Positions 47,945 through 57,718 of a stretch of 64,000 nucleotides of DNA are shown in pieces. Each line of letters begins with the position of its first letter. Position 1 is the stretch's first letter. The stretch is from Alphaproteobacteria bacterium. Lineage in GTDB: Bacteria; Pseudomonadota; Alphaproteobacteria; Micropepsales; Micropepsaceae. The notes under the pieces were generated by a model. That model saw nothing but the letters and a program-made list of their open reading frames with translations, searched no databases and was not told the DNA's origin. Location: contig JABFRX010000097.1 in assembly GCA_013140995.1 (NCBI GenBank), positions 8,194-72,193 of the forward strand. The letters run 5' to 3'. The translations under genes were made by a program, and so were the position numbers.

Positions 47945-48502
47945 ATGAGCCCTACCCTCGGTGTCACAATCAAACGGCTTTCCCGCGATACGGAAAGCGA
48001 GTTCGTGCGCATTCATTGCGATGCGACCGGCAATGGCTGGTGTCAGTGCGTCGCTTGGTGGGTGCCCACTTGGGACTGCTGGGGCGATCGGACAGCCGCA
48101 CAAAATATCGAACTACGGCAGAAGCTCTTTCGTGACGGGGTTCATGACGGCTATTTCGTTCATGCGGACGGTGCGCTCGCCGGGTGGGTACAGGCATGGA
48201 AGCGCGATGCGTTCGCGAAGCTTTCGGCGCAGTTTGGCGTGACATCCGACGATGACGCCTGGATGATCGGGTGCGTGCTGATCCTGCCAGCGCTTCGCGG
48301 ACGCGGCGTGGCGGGCCAAGCGCTCGCGCTTGTCGTCGACGATCTGAGGTTGCGCGGTGCGCGCTCGATCGACGCGTTTCCGAAGCGCGGCGCCGGCGAT
48401 GCGAGCGAGTTGTGGAACGGGCCGGAATCGACATACGCTCAACTCGGCTTTGCGATTGTACGCGACGATGCGAAGCGCCCGTTGTTGCGTCTGACACTCT
48501 AG
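47945..48502 (+). CDS. GNAT family N-acetyltransferase
   Basis: ILPALRGRGVAGQALALVV acetyl-CoA-binding-like motif; 185 aa. Confidence 0.6.
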   Translation: MSPTLGVTIKRLSRDTESEFVRIHCDATGNGWCQCVAWWVPTWDCWGDRTAAQNIELRQKLFRDGVHDGYFVHADGALAGWVQAWKRDAFAKLSAQFGVTSDDDAWMIGCVLILPALRGRGVAGQALALVVDDLRLRGARSIDAFPKRGAGDASELWNGPESTYAQLGFAIVRDDAKRPLLRLTL

Positions 48503-48508
48503 GCCCCC

Positions 48509-49150
48509 ATGGTTTCGCCCAATCATCGTTCGACATCGGAAGCCTTAATCGAGATCGTGGAGGCATTTCCAGCTGAGGAGATGACGCTGCAGGATCTGAT
48601 GGAGGGCTTAGGCGAGCGCAGCTTCGGCTTCGTGTTGCTGCTCTTCGGTGTGTTGAGTGCGATTGCCATCGTGCCGGGGTTGGCGACGGTCACCGCTATA
48701 CCGTTATTGTTCTTCGGACTGCAGATGTTCGCGGGCTATCGCACACCGTGGCTGCCGAAATTCATCTCGGAGCGCAGCTTCGCGAAAGCCGATCTCTTGG
48801 CCACGGTCAAGCGTGCCGTACCGGCGATGCGCTGGGTTGAAAAGATATGCAAGCCGCGCTTGTTGTTTTTGACTGGGCGGTTCGCCGAGCGGCTGCTTGG
48901 GATTCTGGTGTTCGTTCTTGCGGCGGTGATCGCGTTGCCGGGACCCGGCACCAATTTCATGCCGGGCGTTGCGATTGCGTTCATGGCGATTGCGATCATC
49001 GAGCGCGACGGGTTGATGGTGCTTATCGGGATGCTCGTCTCCGCGTTTGCGCTCTATCTCGGTTACTTGGGCTTGCATCTTGTGATCACGGAAGTGCTGC
49101 CGTGGGTCTGGGAACCCACGCAGGAGCTTTGGAAATCCGTCGCAGGATGA
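48509..49150 (+). CDS. exoD: ExoD family exopolysaccharide synthesis membrane protein
   Basis: LGERSFGFVLLLFGVLSAIAIVPGLATVTAIPLLFFGLQMFAGYRTPWLP is typical of ExoD. Confidence 0.8.
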   Translation: MVSPNHRSTSEALIEIVEAFPAEEMTLQDLMEGLGERSFGFVLLLFGVLSAIAIVPGLATVTAIPLLFFGLQMFAGYRTPWLPKFISERSFAKADLLATVKRAVPAMRWVEKICKPRLLFLTGRFAERLLGILVFVLAAVIALPGPGTNFMPGVAIAFMAIAIIERDGLMVLIGMLVSAFALYLGYLGLHLVITEVLPWVWEPTQELWKSVAG

Positions 49151-49221
49151 ACGCGCGATAGGCGTTGCAGAGCCCCGGTGTTTGCGCTCTTGTTGCGGCG
49201 CACAACATTGCCAAGGACGCC

Positions 49222-50856
49222 ATGCAGACCTCAGACTTGCTCGCCGCCGTTCGCAGCGCTGTTGCCGCCGCCGATACGCTGTATCTGAAAGCCAAGATCG
49301 GCGTGCGGTCGGTCGTGAAGGATGCCGGCGGCGTCGATAGCGCGCAGCACGAGGCGCACGGCCTGGCGTGGCTTTGGACCTATGTCGAAGCGCAACGCCA
49401 GATGCTTGGCTGGGCGGAACGGCTTCAGGCTGAGAGTAAGTTCGGCGAGCTTGAGCAGCTTCTCTTGCGCGCGGGTGTGAGCGAATACGCTAACCAGATC
49501 GTGTTCGGCATTCCAATGAGCCAAAGCGAGATCGTTCGGCCCGTAGACTTCGGCGTCTCCGGCGAAGGTGTCGTCGAATACATCAGATCGGTTGGACCGT
49601 TGATGGGCGGGCTTGATGCGCGGGTGAAGGCGCGGATCGCGGCGCTGATCGGCGAGAATGCTAACGCGGTGACGTTCGGCGAGATCGGACTCGACGGCGA
49701 GATGACGCTCGTGCGCGATCAGTTCCGGAAGTTCGTCGTTGATCGCGTGGCACCGAATGCGCACGCGTGGCACTTAGAGGATCAACTTATCCCACTGCCG
49801 GTCGTCGAGGAGATGAGCGCGCTTGGCGTGTTCGGCCTTACTATACCGGAGGCGTTCGGCGGTGCGGGCTTGGGGAAAACCGCAATGTGCGTCGTCTCGG
49901 AAGAGCTTTCGCGCGGGTATATCGGCGTGGGCTCGCTTGGCACACGGTCGGAGATTGCGGCGGAGCTAATCCTGGGCGGCGGTACAGACGCGCAAAAGAA
50001 GTACTGGCTGCCGAAGATTGCGTCGGGTGAGATATTGCCGACGGCGGTATTCACGGAGCCGAATACGGGCTCCGACCTCGGGTCGCTGCGGACGCGAGCG
50101 GTGCGCGAGGGTGATGTCTGGAAGGTCACCGGCAACAAAACGTGGATCACGCACGCGGCCCGCGCGGATTTGATGACTTTGCTCGTTCGCACGAATCCGA
50201 GTGCGCCGGGGTACAAGGGGCTCTCCATGCTGCTTGCACCGAAGCCGCGCGGGACCGACGGCAATCCCTTCCCCGCGAAGGGCATGACCGGCGGCGAGAT
50301 CGAGGTGCTCGGCTACCGCGGCATGAAAGAGTACGAGATCGGCTTCGACGGCTTCGAGGTTCCGCACGCGAACCTGCTGGGCGGCGAAGAGGGGCAAGGC
50401 TTCAAGCAGCTGATGGTCACGTTCGAGTCCGCGCGCATACAGACCGCGGCGCGCGCGATCGGCGTCGCGCAGTCCGCGATGGATTTGGGGTTACGCTATG
50501 CGCTTGACCGGCAGCAATTCGGGAAGGCGATCTACGGCTTCCCCCGGGTCGCCAACAAGATCGCGATGATGGCGGTCGAGATCATGATCGCGCGCCAGCT
50601 CACCTATTTTGCCGCGCGCGAAAAGGATGCGGGGCGGCGCTGCGATCTCGAAGCCGGGATGGCGAAGCTGCTTGCCGCACGCGTCGCTTGGTCTGCTGCC
50701 GACAACGCCGTGCAGATCCACGGCGGCAACGGCTTTGCGCTTGAGTACCCGATCAGCCGCGTGCTCTGCGACGCCCGTATCCTCAATATCTTCGAAGGCG
50801 CTGCGGAGATTCAGGCGCAGGTGATCGCGCGGCGGCTGTTAGAAGACGCGAACTAA
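49222..50856 (+). CDS. mcd: Long-form acyl-CoA dehydrogenase, probably (2S)-methylsuccinyl-CoA dehydrogenase
   Basis: ACAD core (TEPNTGSDLGSL, ARIQTAARAIGVAQ, IHGGNGFALEYPISR) plus an N-terminal extension of about 170 aa, as in Mcd. Context includes ccr and ecm. Confidence 0.7.
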   Translation: MQTSDLLAAVRSAVAAADTLYLKAKIGVRSVVKDAGGVDSAQHEAHGLAWLWTYVEAQRQMLGWAERLQAESKFGELEQLLLRAGVSEYANQIVFGIPMSQSEIVRPVDFGVSGEGVVEYIRSVGPLMGGLDARVKARIAALIGENANAVTFGEIGLDGEMTLVRDQFRKFVVDRVAPNAHAWHLEDQLIPLPVVEEMSALGVFGLTIPEAFGGAGLGKTAMCVVSEELSRGYIGVGSLGTRSEIAAELILGGGTDAQKKYWLPKIASGEILPTAVFTEPNTGSDLGSLRTRAVREGDVWKVTGNKTWITHAARADLMTLLVRTNPSAPGYKGLSMLLAPKPRGTDGNPFPAKGMTGGEIEVLGYRGMKEYEIGFDGFEVPHANLLGGEEGQGFKQLMVTFESARIQTAARAIGVAQSAMDLGLRYALDRQQFGKAIYGFPRVANKIAMMAVEIMIARQLTYFAAREKDAGRRCDLEAGMAKLLAARVAWSAADNAVQIHGGNGFALEYPISRVLCDARILNIFEGAAEIQAQVIARRLLEDAN

Positions 50857-50924
50857 CCGGTTGCGCGAAACTCTGTGACGGCTGACGCTTGAGCTTGGCG
50901 TGCGGCCCAGCAACGCTCTCGGCC

Positions 50925-51719
50925 ATGTTCTATTTCATCTCGAAGATTGTTTGGTTCTTCGTCACGCCGTCGAATGCGCTTGTGACGGTAACGCTGCTCG
51001 GGCTTTTGCTCATGCGAACCAAGCGCGATGTGTTGGGCGGACGGCTTGCCGCGGTCGGTGCGGTCGGGCTGCTAGTTGCGGGGATTTCGCCGCTTGGCAA
51101 TGCTTTGGTCCTGCCGCTGGAGGAGCGGTTTGCGGCGCACCACGACGAAGGGGTACCGGTGGCGGGCTTCATCGTACTTGGCGGAACGTATGACACCGAA
51201 GTCACTAACGAGCGCGGGCAGATGGCGCTGAACGAAACGGGCGAGCGGATCGTGGCGCTCGGCGATCTGGCGCGGCGCTATCCGGCGGCGCGGATCATCT
51301 ACGCCGGTGGCGGTAGCGAGTTCACACCGGATACGACCCCGGAGGCGACGCTGGTGCAGAACACGATTGCGGCGGCGGGCGTCGATCCTTCGCGCATCGC
51401 CTATGACCGGCAATCTCTGAACACGTATCAGAACGCGGTCTATGCGAAGAAGATCGCGCGGCCGCAGGCGGGCGAGCGCTGGCTCGTCGTGACATCGGCG
51501 TTTCACATGCCGCGCACGATGGGCGTGTTTCGCAAGGCGGGATTTGCCGTCGTGCCCTACCCCGTCGACTATCGCACCGCGGGTGACGTGGCGCTGATGC
51601 GACCGTTCGGATTTGTGGGCGAAGGACTCCGGCGCACCGACATCGCGGCGAAGGAGTGGGCCGGCTTGCTCTCGTATTATCTCTCCGGCAAAAGCGATGA
51701 CGTGTTTCCAGCACCTTGA
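50925..51719 (+). CDS. YdcF/ElyC/SanA (DUF218) family protein
   Basis: N-terminal TM helices; GFIVLGG; VVTSAFHMPRTMGVFRKAGF. Confidence 0.75.
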   Translation: MFYFISKIVWFFVTPSNALVTVTLLGLLLMRTKRDVLGGRLAAVGAVGLLVAGISPLGNALVLPLEERFAAHHDEGVPVAGFIVLGGTYDTEVTNERGQMALNETGERIVALGDLARRYPAARIIYAGGGSEFTPDTTPEATLVQNTIAAAGVDPSRIAYDRQSLNTYQNAVYAKKIARPQAGERWLVVTSAFHMPRTMGVFRKAGFAVVPYPVDYRTAGDVALMRPFGFVGEGLRRTDIAAKEWAGLLSYYLSGKSDDVFPAP

Positions 51720-51734
51720 TTCGCGGAGGGTTCC

Positions 51735-52298
51735 ATGGCCGACGGCGGCTTCTGGCAGTTGTTCCGGGTGCGTGAAAGGGACAATCTGGAATTCTGGGTT
51801 TCGCACTTCATCGTGCTCGCGTCGACCGTGGTCGGCGTCTATCTGGCGGCAAGTGCGGGCTTCGATACTGCGGTCGCATTCGAAAAGCTTCAAAGCGACA
51901 AGCAAGGCTTCTACATGCGCCGCGCGCTCGCCGACGAACTCGCCGACAACCTGAAAGAAGCGGAGAAGTGGACGGGCTATTTCATCGAAGGCGACGCCTG
52001 GCGGTTCGAGGGCCGGGTCGAAGATTACCCACTGCAAACCTATGTCTGGGATGCGATGAAGGTAAACGACGCGACGCTGCAGCTGCCGCCAAAGGTGCTG
52101 ACGGGGATCAGGCGCTTCTATCGCATGACGAACCTACGTGTGCGCGACATGGTGAGCCGGACGGGCGCCTCCCGCTCTGCGGCGGAGGAACTGCGCAAAG
52201 ACGTGAAGCGCATGCGGGCCGATGTGGTGCCGTTGCTGGCGAAAGATACGAAGGACTTTGCGTCGCGGTTGACCACGCGTGGCATTAACGTCGATTGA
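51735..52298 (+). CDS. Hypothetical membrane-anchored protein
   Basis: One TM helix (FWVSHFIVLASTVVGVYLAASAGF). No family recognised. Codon usage is consistent with neighbouring genes. Confidence 0.45.
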   Translation: MADGGFWQLFRVRERDNLEFWVSHFIVLASTVVGVYLAASAGFDTAVAFEKLQSDKQGFYMRRALADELADNLKEAEKWTGYFIEGDAWRFEGRVEDYPLQTYVWDAMKVNDATLQLPPKVLTGIRRFYRMTNLRVRDMVSRTGASRSAAEELRKDVKRMRADVVPLLAKDTKDFASRLTTRGINVD

Positions 52299-52329
52299 TG
52301 CGGGCGCCAGGGCGGGCTAAAGTCCGCCC

Positions 52330-52539
52330 ATGCTCACTGGGAAAATCTTAGTCCTTGTTGCGACCGGCGCCGTCGCACTGGTGCTTGCCGTCGGACTCTA
52401 CAGCCTCTATCGCGGCGGCGACTTCGCGCGCAGTTATTCGAACAAACTGATGCGTCTTCGTATCGCCGCGCAGTTCGTCGCGATCGTCGTAATCATGGGC
52501 GTGCTTTATTTCTGGGGCCGCAGCCCAGGCGGGCCTTGA
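52330..52539 (+). CDS. Twin transmembrane helix small protein (HIG1 domain)
   Basis: 69 aa, two TM helices, and the central RGG...SNKLMRLRIAAQ motif typical of the HIG1/twin-TM family. Confidence 0.75.
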   Translation: MLTGKILVLVATGAVALVLAVGLYSLYRGGDFARSYSNKLMRLRIAAQFVAIVVIMGVLYFWGRSPGGP

Positions 52540-52543
52540 GACC

Positions 52544-53110
52544 ATGGTCGTTTTGAACCGTATCTATACGCGCACGGGCGACAAGGGCGACACGGCGCTG
52601 GGTTCCGGCAAACGCCTGCCGAAATACGATCTTCGGATCGAGGCTTACGGCACTGTCGATGAGACGAACGCGTGCGTGGGCGTTGCGCGGTTAGCCACGA
52701 CCGGCGACCTCGATGAGATGCTCGCGCGCGTGCAAAATGATCTCTTCGATCTCGGCGCCGATCTTTGTGTGCCGGAAGACGGCAGCGAGATCGCGAAGAA
52801 GGCGCTGCGCATTGCCGAGGCCCAAGTCGAGCGGCTGGAACGCGAAATCGATGCGATGAACGAGAAGTTGCAGCCGTTGCGTTCGTTTGTGCTGCCGGGC
52901 GGCACGCCGGCTGCGGCAAATCTTCACGTCGCGCGCACGGTTTGCCGCCGCGCGGAGCGATTGATCGTGAAGCTCGGCGAGAGCGAAACGATCAGTGCTT
53001 CGGCGATCAAGTACACGAATAGGCTATCGGATTTCCTGTTTGTCGCAGCGCGGTTTGCGAATTCGAGCACGGGCGACGTTTTGTGGGTCCCCGGCGCAAA
53101 CCGGGGCTAA
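52544..53110 (+). CDS. pduO: ATP:cob(I)alamin adenosyltransferase, PduO type
   Basis: IYTRTGDKGDTAL...RIEAYGTVDETNA...LPGG...ANLHVARTVCRRAER. Confidence 0.9.
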   Translation: MVVLNRIYTRTGDKGDTALGSGKRLPKYDLRIEAYGTVDETNACVGVARLATTGDLDEMLARVQNDLFDLGADLCVPEDGSEIAKKALRIAEAQVERLEREIDAMNEKLQPLRSFVLPGGTPAAANLHVARTVCRRAERLIVKLGESETISASAIKYTNRLSDFLFVAARFANSSTGDVLWVPGANRG

Positions 53111-53181
53111 ACTTTCCGTCAGTTGTGTTCGCGCTTCGGGTGGATACAGTCCGCCAACTTTTCATTTCAAGGAGACGAACG

Positions 53182-53679
53182 ATGCGCAGCCTTTTTGGCG
53201 CCGCTCTTCTTTCGATCGCAGCGACGGCGGCCGTTGCAGCACCCGCTGCACCGGTTGCCGTCTTTCAGACGGGGATTTCGCGCGTCGAACTTGCAGCCGT
53301 TTTGTCGTCGCATGGGCTAACCGTTAGCGATTCGACGACGAAGGATTCCGACCCTTGGCTGCTCGCCAAGACGCCGAAGGGAACCGAGTTCTACATCAAC
53401 ATGTATGACTGCGCGGGTGACGGCGCGGACGGGAGGCGCTGCAACAATCTGCAGTTCCTGGCGCAGTGGGAGCTCACGAAGAACGCGAACGTCGACTCCG
53501 CGAACATTTATAACCAAAAGTTCGTTTTCGGCCGCGCCTACCTGAACAAGGACGGCTCGCGGTTCATGTTCGACTACTCGATCAGCATCAAGGACGGGGT
53601 CACAGCCGGCAACCTGAAGCGGCACGTGGACAATTGGCTTCGCGTGCTGGACGACGTTCGGGCGCAGCTCAAAGTCTAG
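53182..53679 (+). CDS. Secreted YbjN-like domain protein (hypothetical)
   Basis: AAGGAGA Shine-Dalgarno and a signal peptide MRSLFGAALLSIAATAAVAAP. Weak resemblance to YbjN / putative sensory-transduction-regulator folds. Confidence 0.4.
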   Translation: MRSLFGAALLSIAATAAVAAPAAPVAVFQTGISRVELAAVLSSHGLTVSDSTTKDSDPWLLAKTPKGTEFYINMYDCAGDGADGRRCNNLQFLAQWELTKNANVDSANIYNQKFVFGRAYLNKDGSRFMFDYSISIKDGVTAGNLKRHVDNWLRVLDDVRAQLKV

Positions 53680-53758
53680 GGGTTCCTCAAAGTCCATCGC
53701 GTGTTGCGGCCGGGTCGGCTAGAGTCGCCCGGTCACAACACTTTGGGATCTGCACTCC

Positions 53759-54454
53759 ATGGTCTTCCTGCCGCTCAAGGACGACAATCCGCTTCGCATC
53801 ATTCCGTTTCAGTACATGACCGTCACGCTGATCGTGATCAATGTGATCGTGTTTATGTGGCAGGACTCCGTCGGACAGAAGGGGCTTGTCGATGTTGCGA
53901 TGAGTGCGGGCGTGATCCCGACGTCTCTGTTTGGCGTTTCGAAGATTCCTCCCGGCTTTGGCTTTCTGCCGCCGGAAGCGACGCTCGTCACCTACATGTT
54001 TTTGCACGGCGACTGGTGGCACCTGATCGGGAATATGCTGTTTCTTTGGGTTTTCGGCGACAACATCGAAGACGCGATGGGGTCGCTGCGCTTCCTGTTC
54101 TTCTATCTGTTTTGCGGGATCGCGGCGGGTCTCGCCCACGCCTATGCCAACATCGGATCGGACGCGCCGCTGATCGGGGCTTCAGGCGCGACGTCGGGGA
54201 TTGTGGGCGCCTACCTGATGCTCTATCCGCGGGTGCGGATGTGGGCGTTGGCTTTCATGCGCATCCCGCTGAAGGTTCCCGCCTACTTGGTGATCGGTGC
54301 GTTCATCGCCACGCAGGTGTTCTTCATTTTCTCAGGCATCGAAGACAACACCGCCTGGTGGGCGCATCTGGGCGGGCTTGCCGCCGGTGTTGTCTTCATC
54401 ATTGGGTTCAGGCGGCCCGGCACGCCGCTCTTTGCCGGGGCGCCGGACCGCTAG
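53759..54454 (+). CDS. Rhomboid family intramembrane serine protease
   Basis: HGDWWHLIGNMLFLWVFG, catalytic GASGATSGIVGAYL, and the later AHLGGLAAG His motif. Confidence 0.9.
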   Translation: MVFLPLKDDNPLRIIPFQYMTVTLIVINVIVFMWQDSVGQKGLVDVAMSAGVIPTSLFGVSKIPPGFGFLPPEATLVTYMFLHGDWWHLIGNMLFLWVFGDNIEDAMGSLRFLFFYLFCGIAAGLAHAYANIGSDAPLIGASGATSGIVGAYLMLYPRVRMWALAFMRIPLKVPAYLVIGAFIATQVFFIFSGIEDNTAWWAHLGGLAAGVVFIIGFRRPGTPLFAGAPDR

Positions 54455-54517
54455 GTCCAAGGCCCTGGCTCGCCCGGCAGGGTTTCCAGGGCTAAAACCC
54501 TAACAAGCTAGGTTTCG

Positions 54518-54546
54518 TTGACACGTTTGGCGGTTGCACGTAATTT
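54518..54546 (+). promoter_or_regulatory. Candidate sigma-70-type promoter of etfBA-hbd
   Basis: TTGACA (54518-23), a 17-nt spacer, then TAATTT (54541-46), about 93 nt upstream of the etfB ATG. Confidence 0.4.
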
Positions 54547-54564
54547 GTGCACCGCACAATTACG
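54539..54564. promoter_or_regulatory. Imperfect palindrome overlapping the candidate -10 element (possible operator)
   Basis: CGTAATTTGTGC-ACC-GCACAATTACG. The core TTGTGC-N3-GCACAA is perfect; the outer CGTAATT/AATTACG arms pair with one bulged T. Confidence 0.4.
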
Positions 54565-54638
54565 AGAATTCCATGTAGGCCGCCGGGCGCGCTCCTAAGC
54601 CGCCCCACTGGCCCGATCCAGCGGAGAGATAAAGCCTG

Positions 54639-55388
54639 ATGAAGGTGCTTGTGCCCATCAAGCGCGTGGTCGACTACAACGTGAAAATCCGCGTGAAAGC
54701 GGACCAAACGGGCGTCGACCTCGCCAACGTCAAAATGTCGATGAACCCGTTCGACGAGATTGGGGTCGAAGAGGCGATCCGGCTCAAAGAAAAGGGCATC
54801 GCGACCGAAATCATTGCGGTGTCCGTGGGTCCGCAGGAATGCCAAGAGACCATCCGCACGGCGCTCGCCATGGGTGCCGACCGCGGTATCCTGGTGAAGG
54901 TGCCGCATGAGGTGGAACCGATTGCTGTTGCGAAAATCATCGCGGCTATCGCGAAGGCTGAAGCGCCGCAACTGATCATCCTGGGCAAGCAGGCGATCGA
55001 CGACGACTGCAATCAGACGGGCCAGATGCTGGCGCAGCTGCTCGGCTGGCCGCAGGGTACGTTTGCTTCGAAGGTCGCGATTGAAGGCGGCAAGGCAGAA
55101 GTGACGCGCGAAGTCGACGGCGGTTTGCAGACAGTGAAACTGAACCTGCCCGCGATCGTGACGACGGATTTGCGTTTAAACGAGCCGCGTTATGCGTCGC
55201 TGCCGAACATCATGAAGGCGAAGAAGAAGCCGATCGAAGACAAGCAGGCTTCCGATTATGGCGTCGACGTCACGCCGCGCTTGAAAGTTCTCAAAGTCAG
55301 CGAGCCGCCGAAGCGCAAAGGCGGCGTGAAGGTAAAGACCGTGCAGGAACTCGTCGACAAGCTGAAGAACGAAGCGGGGGTCATCTGA
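54639..55388 (+). CDS. etfB: Electron transfer flavoprotein subunit beta
   Basis: [20 protein letters not shown]...[14 protein letters not shown]; 249 aa. Confidence 0.95.
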   Translation: MKVLVPIKRVVDYNVKIRVKADQTGVDLANVKMSMNPFDEIGVEEAIRLKEKGIATEIIAVSVGPQECQETIRTALAMGADRGILVKVPHEVEPIAVAKIIAAIAKAEAPQLIILGKQAIDDDCNQTGQMLAQLLGWPQGTFASKVAIEGGKAEVTREVDGGLQTVKLNLPAIVTTDLRLNEPRYASLPNIMKAKKKPIEDKQASDYGVDVTPRLKVLKVSEPPKRKGGVKVKTVQELVDKLKNEAGVI

Positions 55389-55389
55389 T

Positions 55390-56334
55390 ATGGCCGTTCT
55401 TCTCGTAGCCGAACACGACAACAAGTCGCTGAAAGACGCGACAGGAAAGGCGCTGAGCGCCGCCGTGGCATTGGGCGGACCGGTGGACATTTTGGTAGCC
55501 GGTCAGGGTGCGAAGGGCGTTGCGGACGCCGCCGCCAAGCTCAACGGCGTGTCGAAGGTGATCCTGGCCGACGATGCGCAATATGCGAACCAGCTGGCCG
55601 AGAACATGGCTTCGTTGATCGTCGAACTCGCGGGCAAGTATGACGCCGTGCTGTCGCCGGCATCGACCAGCGGCAAGAACTTCATGCCGCGTGTCGCGGC
55701 GGCGCTCGATGTTGCGCAGATTTCGGAGATCGTTTCGGTCGATGGACCGGACACATTCACGCGGCCGATCGATGCCGGCAACGCGATGCAGCAAGTGCAA
55801 GCGCCTGCCGGTGCGAAGAAGGTGATCACCGTTCGCTCCACCACTTTCAAAGCAGCGGAAGCGACAGGGTCGGCGCCGGTCGAGACGATCGGTGCTGGAC
55901 AAAACCCTGGCATTTCCGAATTCGTGAAGGACGAGCTGTCGAAATCAGAGAGGCCGGAGCTGGCGGCTGCGCGCGTTGTCGTGTCGGGCGGGCGTGGTAT
56001 GCAGTCGGGCGATAACTTCCATTTGCTGGAAAAGGTCGCCGACAGGCTGAAGGCTGCTGTCGGCGCGAGCCGCGCGGCGGTCGATGCCGGCTTCGTGCCG
56101 AACGACTACCAGGTCGGGCAGACCGGAAAAGTCGTGGCGCCGGAGCTCTATATCGCCGTCGGCATTTCGGGTGCGATCCAGCATTTGGCGGGCATGAAAG
56201 ATTCCAAGGTCATCGTCGCGATCAACAAAGACGAAGAGGCTCCGATCTTCCAAGTGGCCGACTACGGCCTCGTCGCCGACTTGTTCAAGGCGGTGCCGGA
56301 GTTGGACGAAGAGCTGAAGAAACAGGGCTACTAG
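55390..56334 (+). CDS. etfA: Electron transfer flavoprotein subunit alpha
   Basis: [11 protein letters not shown]...; C-terminal FAD region VSGGRGM...[39 protein letters not shown]. Confidence 0.95.
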   Translation: MAVLLVAEHDNKSLKDATGKALSAAVALGGPVDILVAGQGAKGVADAAAKLNGVSKVILADDAQYANQLAENMASLIVELAGKYDAVLSPASTSGKNFMPRVAAALDVAQISEIVSVDGPDTFTRPIDAGNAMQQVQAPAGAKKVITVRSTTFKAAEATGSAPVETIGAGQNPGISEFVKDELSKSERPELAAARVVVSGGRGMQSGDNFHLLEKVADRLKAAVGASRAAVDAGFVPNDYQVGQTGKVVAPELYIAVGISGAIQHLAGMKDSKVIVAINKDEEAPIFQVADYGLVADLFKAVPELDEELKKQGY

Positions 56335-56380
56335 GGCCAAAGGGCCTATGGCCACCCAAGCAACTTTTTGAGCAGGTGTC

Positions 56381-57256
56381 ATGAATATTGAACGTATCGG
56401 CATCATCGGTGCGGGCCAAATGGGCAACGGCATTGCCCATGTGTGCGCGCTTGCGGGCTACGACGTCCTGATCAACGACGTCAAGCGCGAGCGCATCGAC
56501 GCCGCGTTCGAGATCATCTCCGGAAATCTGTCGCGGCAAGTCGCGCGCGGCAAGATTTCGGATGCCGAGAAAGACAAGGCGCTGAAGAAAATTCACGCTG
56601 CACCCTCGCTGGACGATTTCGAGCGGGTGGACCTGGCCATCGAAGCCGCGACGGAAGACGAGAAGCTCAAGAAGCAAATCTTTCGCGACCTTTGTCCGAA
56701 GCTTTCGAAGAACGCGATGATTGCGACGAATACGTCTTCGATTTCGATTACGCGGCTCGCCGCCGTCACGGACCGGCCGGAGCGCTTTATCGGCCTCCAC
56801 TTCATGAACCCCGTGCCGTTGATGCAACTGGTCGAGCTGATCCGCGGGATCGCAACCGAGGAAGAGACGTTCACCACGGTGCACGGGCTCGTGAAACGGC
56901 TGGGCAAAACGTCTGCGAACTCGGAAGACTTTCCGGCCTTTATCGTGAACCGCATCCTGCTGCCGATGATCAACGAGGCGGTCTATACGCTCTATGAGGG
57001 CGTCGGCACCGTCGAGGCGATCGACACCGCCATGCGGCTCGGCGCGAACCACCCAATGGGGCCGTTGCAGCTTGCCGACTTCATCGGGCTCGACACGTGC
57101 TTGTCGGTGATGCAGGTGCTGTACGAGGGTCTTGCCGACTCGAAGTACCGCCCCTGCCCGCTTCTTGTGAAGTACGTGGAAGCCGGTTGGCTGGGGCAGA
57201 AGACGAAGCGCGGCTTCTACGACTATCGCGGCGAGAAGCCGGTTCCGACGCGGTAG
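56381..57256 (+). CDS. hbd: 3-hydroxybutyryl-CoA dehydrogenase
   Basis: IGIIGAGQMGNGIAHV Rossmann motif; FIGLHFMNPVPLMQLVE; PMGPLQLADFIGLD; 291 aa. Confidence 0.9.
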   Translation: MNIERIGIIGAGQMGNGIAHVCALAGYDVLINDVKRERIDAAFEIISGNLSRQVARGKISDAEKDKALKKIHAAPSLDDFERVDLAIEAATEDEKLKKQIFRDLCPKLSKNAMIATNTSSISITRLAAVTDRPERFIGLHFMNPVPLMQLVELIRGIATEEETFTTVHGLVKRLGKTSANSEDFPAFIVNRILLPMINEAVYTLYEGVGTVEAIDTAMRLGANHPMGPLQLADFIGLDTCLSVMQVLYEGLADSKYRPCPLLVKYVEAGWLGQKTKRGFYDYRGEKPVPTR

Positions 57257-57283
57257 CCGTTAGCGCAGAAAATTCAAGCCGTT

Positions 57284-57324
57284 TTTGCCCTTCCCTCGGA
57301 CCCGCGGGAGGGGCAAATTCTTTT
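57284..57324 (+). terminator. Rho-independent terminator after hbd
   Basis: 12-bp stem TTTGCCCTTCCC / GGGAGGGGCAAA (one G-U pair), a 10-nt loop, then TTCTTTT. Confidence 0.75.
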
Positions 57325-57349
57325 CCCAAGCGACTCCTCGAGGGCTTTC

Positions 57350-57709
57350 ATGGGCGACTTCGCCGTTCCCACTTTACCGATGCACGACGCCGCCGAGACG
57401 CGTGTGTTTTACGAGAAGCTCGGCTTCATTTGCGCGCATCAGCAGGAACCGCCGGATTCGTTTTTGTTCATGATCCGCAACGGCGTGCAGATTCAGTTTT
57501 TCGAGGCACCGGGGATTGATGGGTCGATCCGCGACCACACCTGCTACGTCTATGTCGATGATCTCGACGCGACCTACAAGGCGTTCGCCGCGGCAAAGGT
57601 CGGCAAGTTGATGCCGATCGAAATGAAGCCGTGGGGCGTGCCTGAGTTCGTGCTCGTCGATATCAACGGCAACATGCTGCGCGTGGGATGCCCGCGCCTT
57701 GAAATGTAA
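57350..57709 (+). CDS. VOC superfamily protein (bleomycin-resistance / glyoxalase-like)
   Basis: 119 aa; ...ETRVFYEKLGF...CYVYVDDLDATY...KPWGVPEFVLVDINGNMLRVG resembles bleomycin-resistance-type VOC proteins. Confidence 0.7.
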   Translation: MGDFAVPTLPMHDAAETRVFYEKLGFICAHQQEPPDSFLFMIRNGVQIQFFEAPGIDGSIRDHTCYVYVDDLDATYKAFAAAKVGKLMPIEMKPWGVPEFVLVDINGNMLRVGCPRLEM

Positions 57710-57718
57710 CCCGTACTC

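Noticed and set aside
57350-57709. VOC protein considered as the missing ethylmalonyl/methylmalonyl-CoA epimerase of the EMC pathway
   Set aside because: Its size (119 aa) and sequence pattern resemble bleomycin-resistance-type VOC proteins more than MCEE-type epimerases. This cannot be settled without a search.
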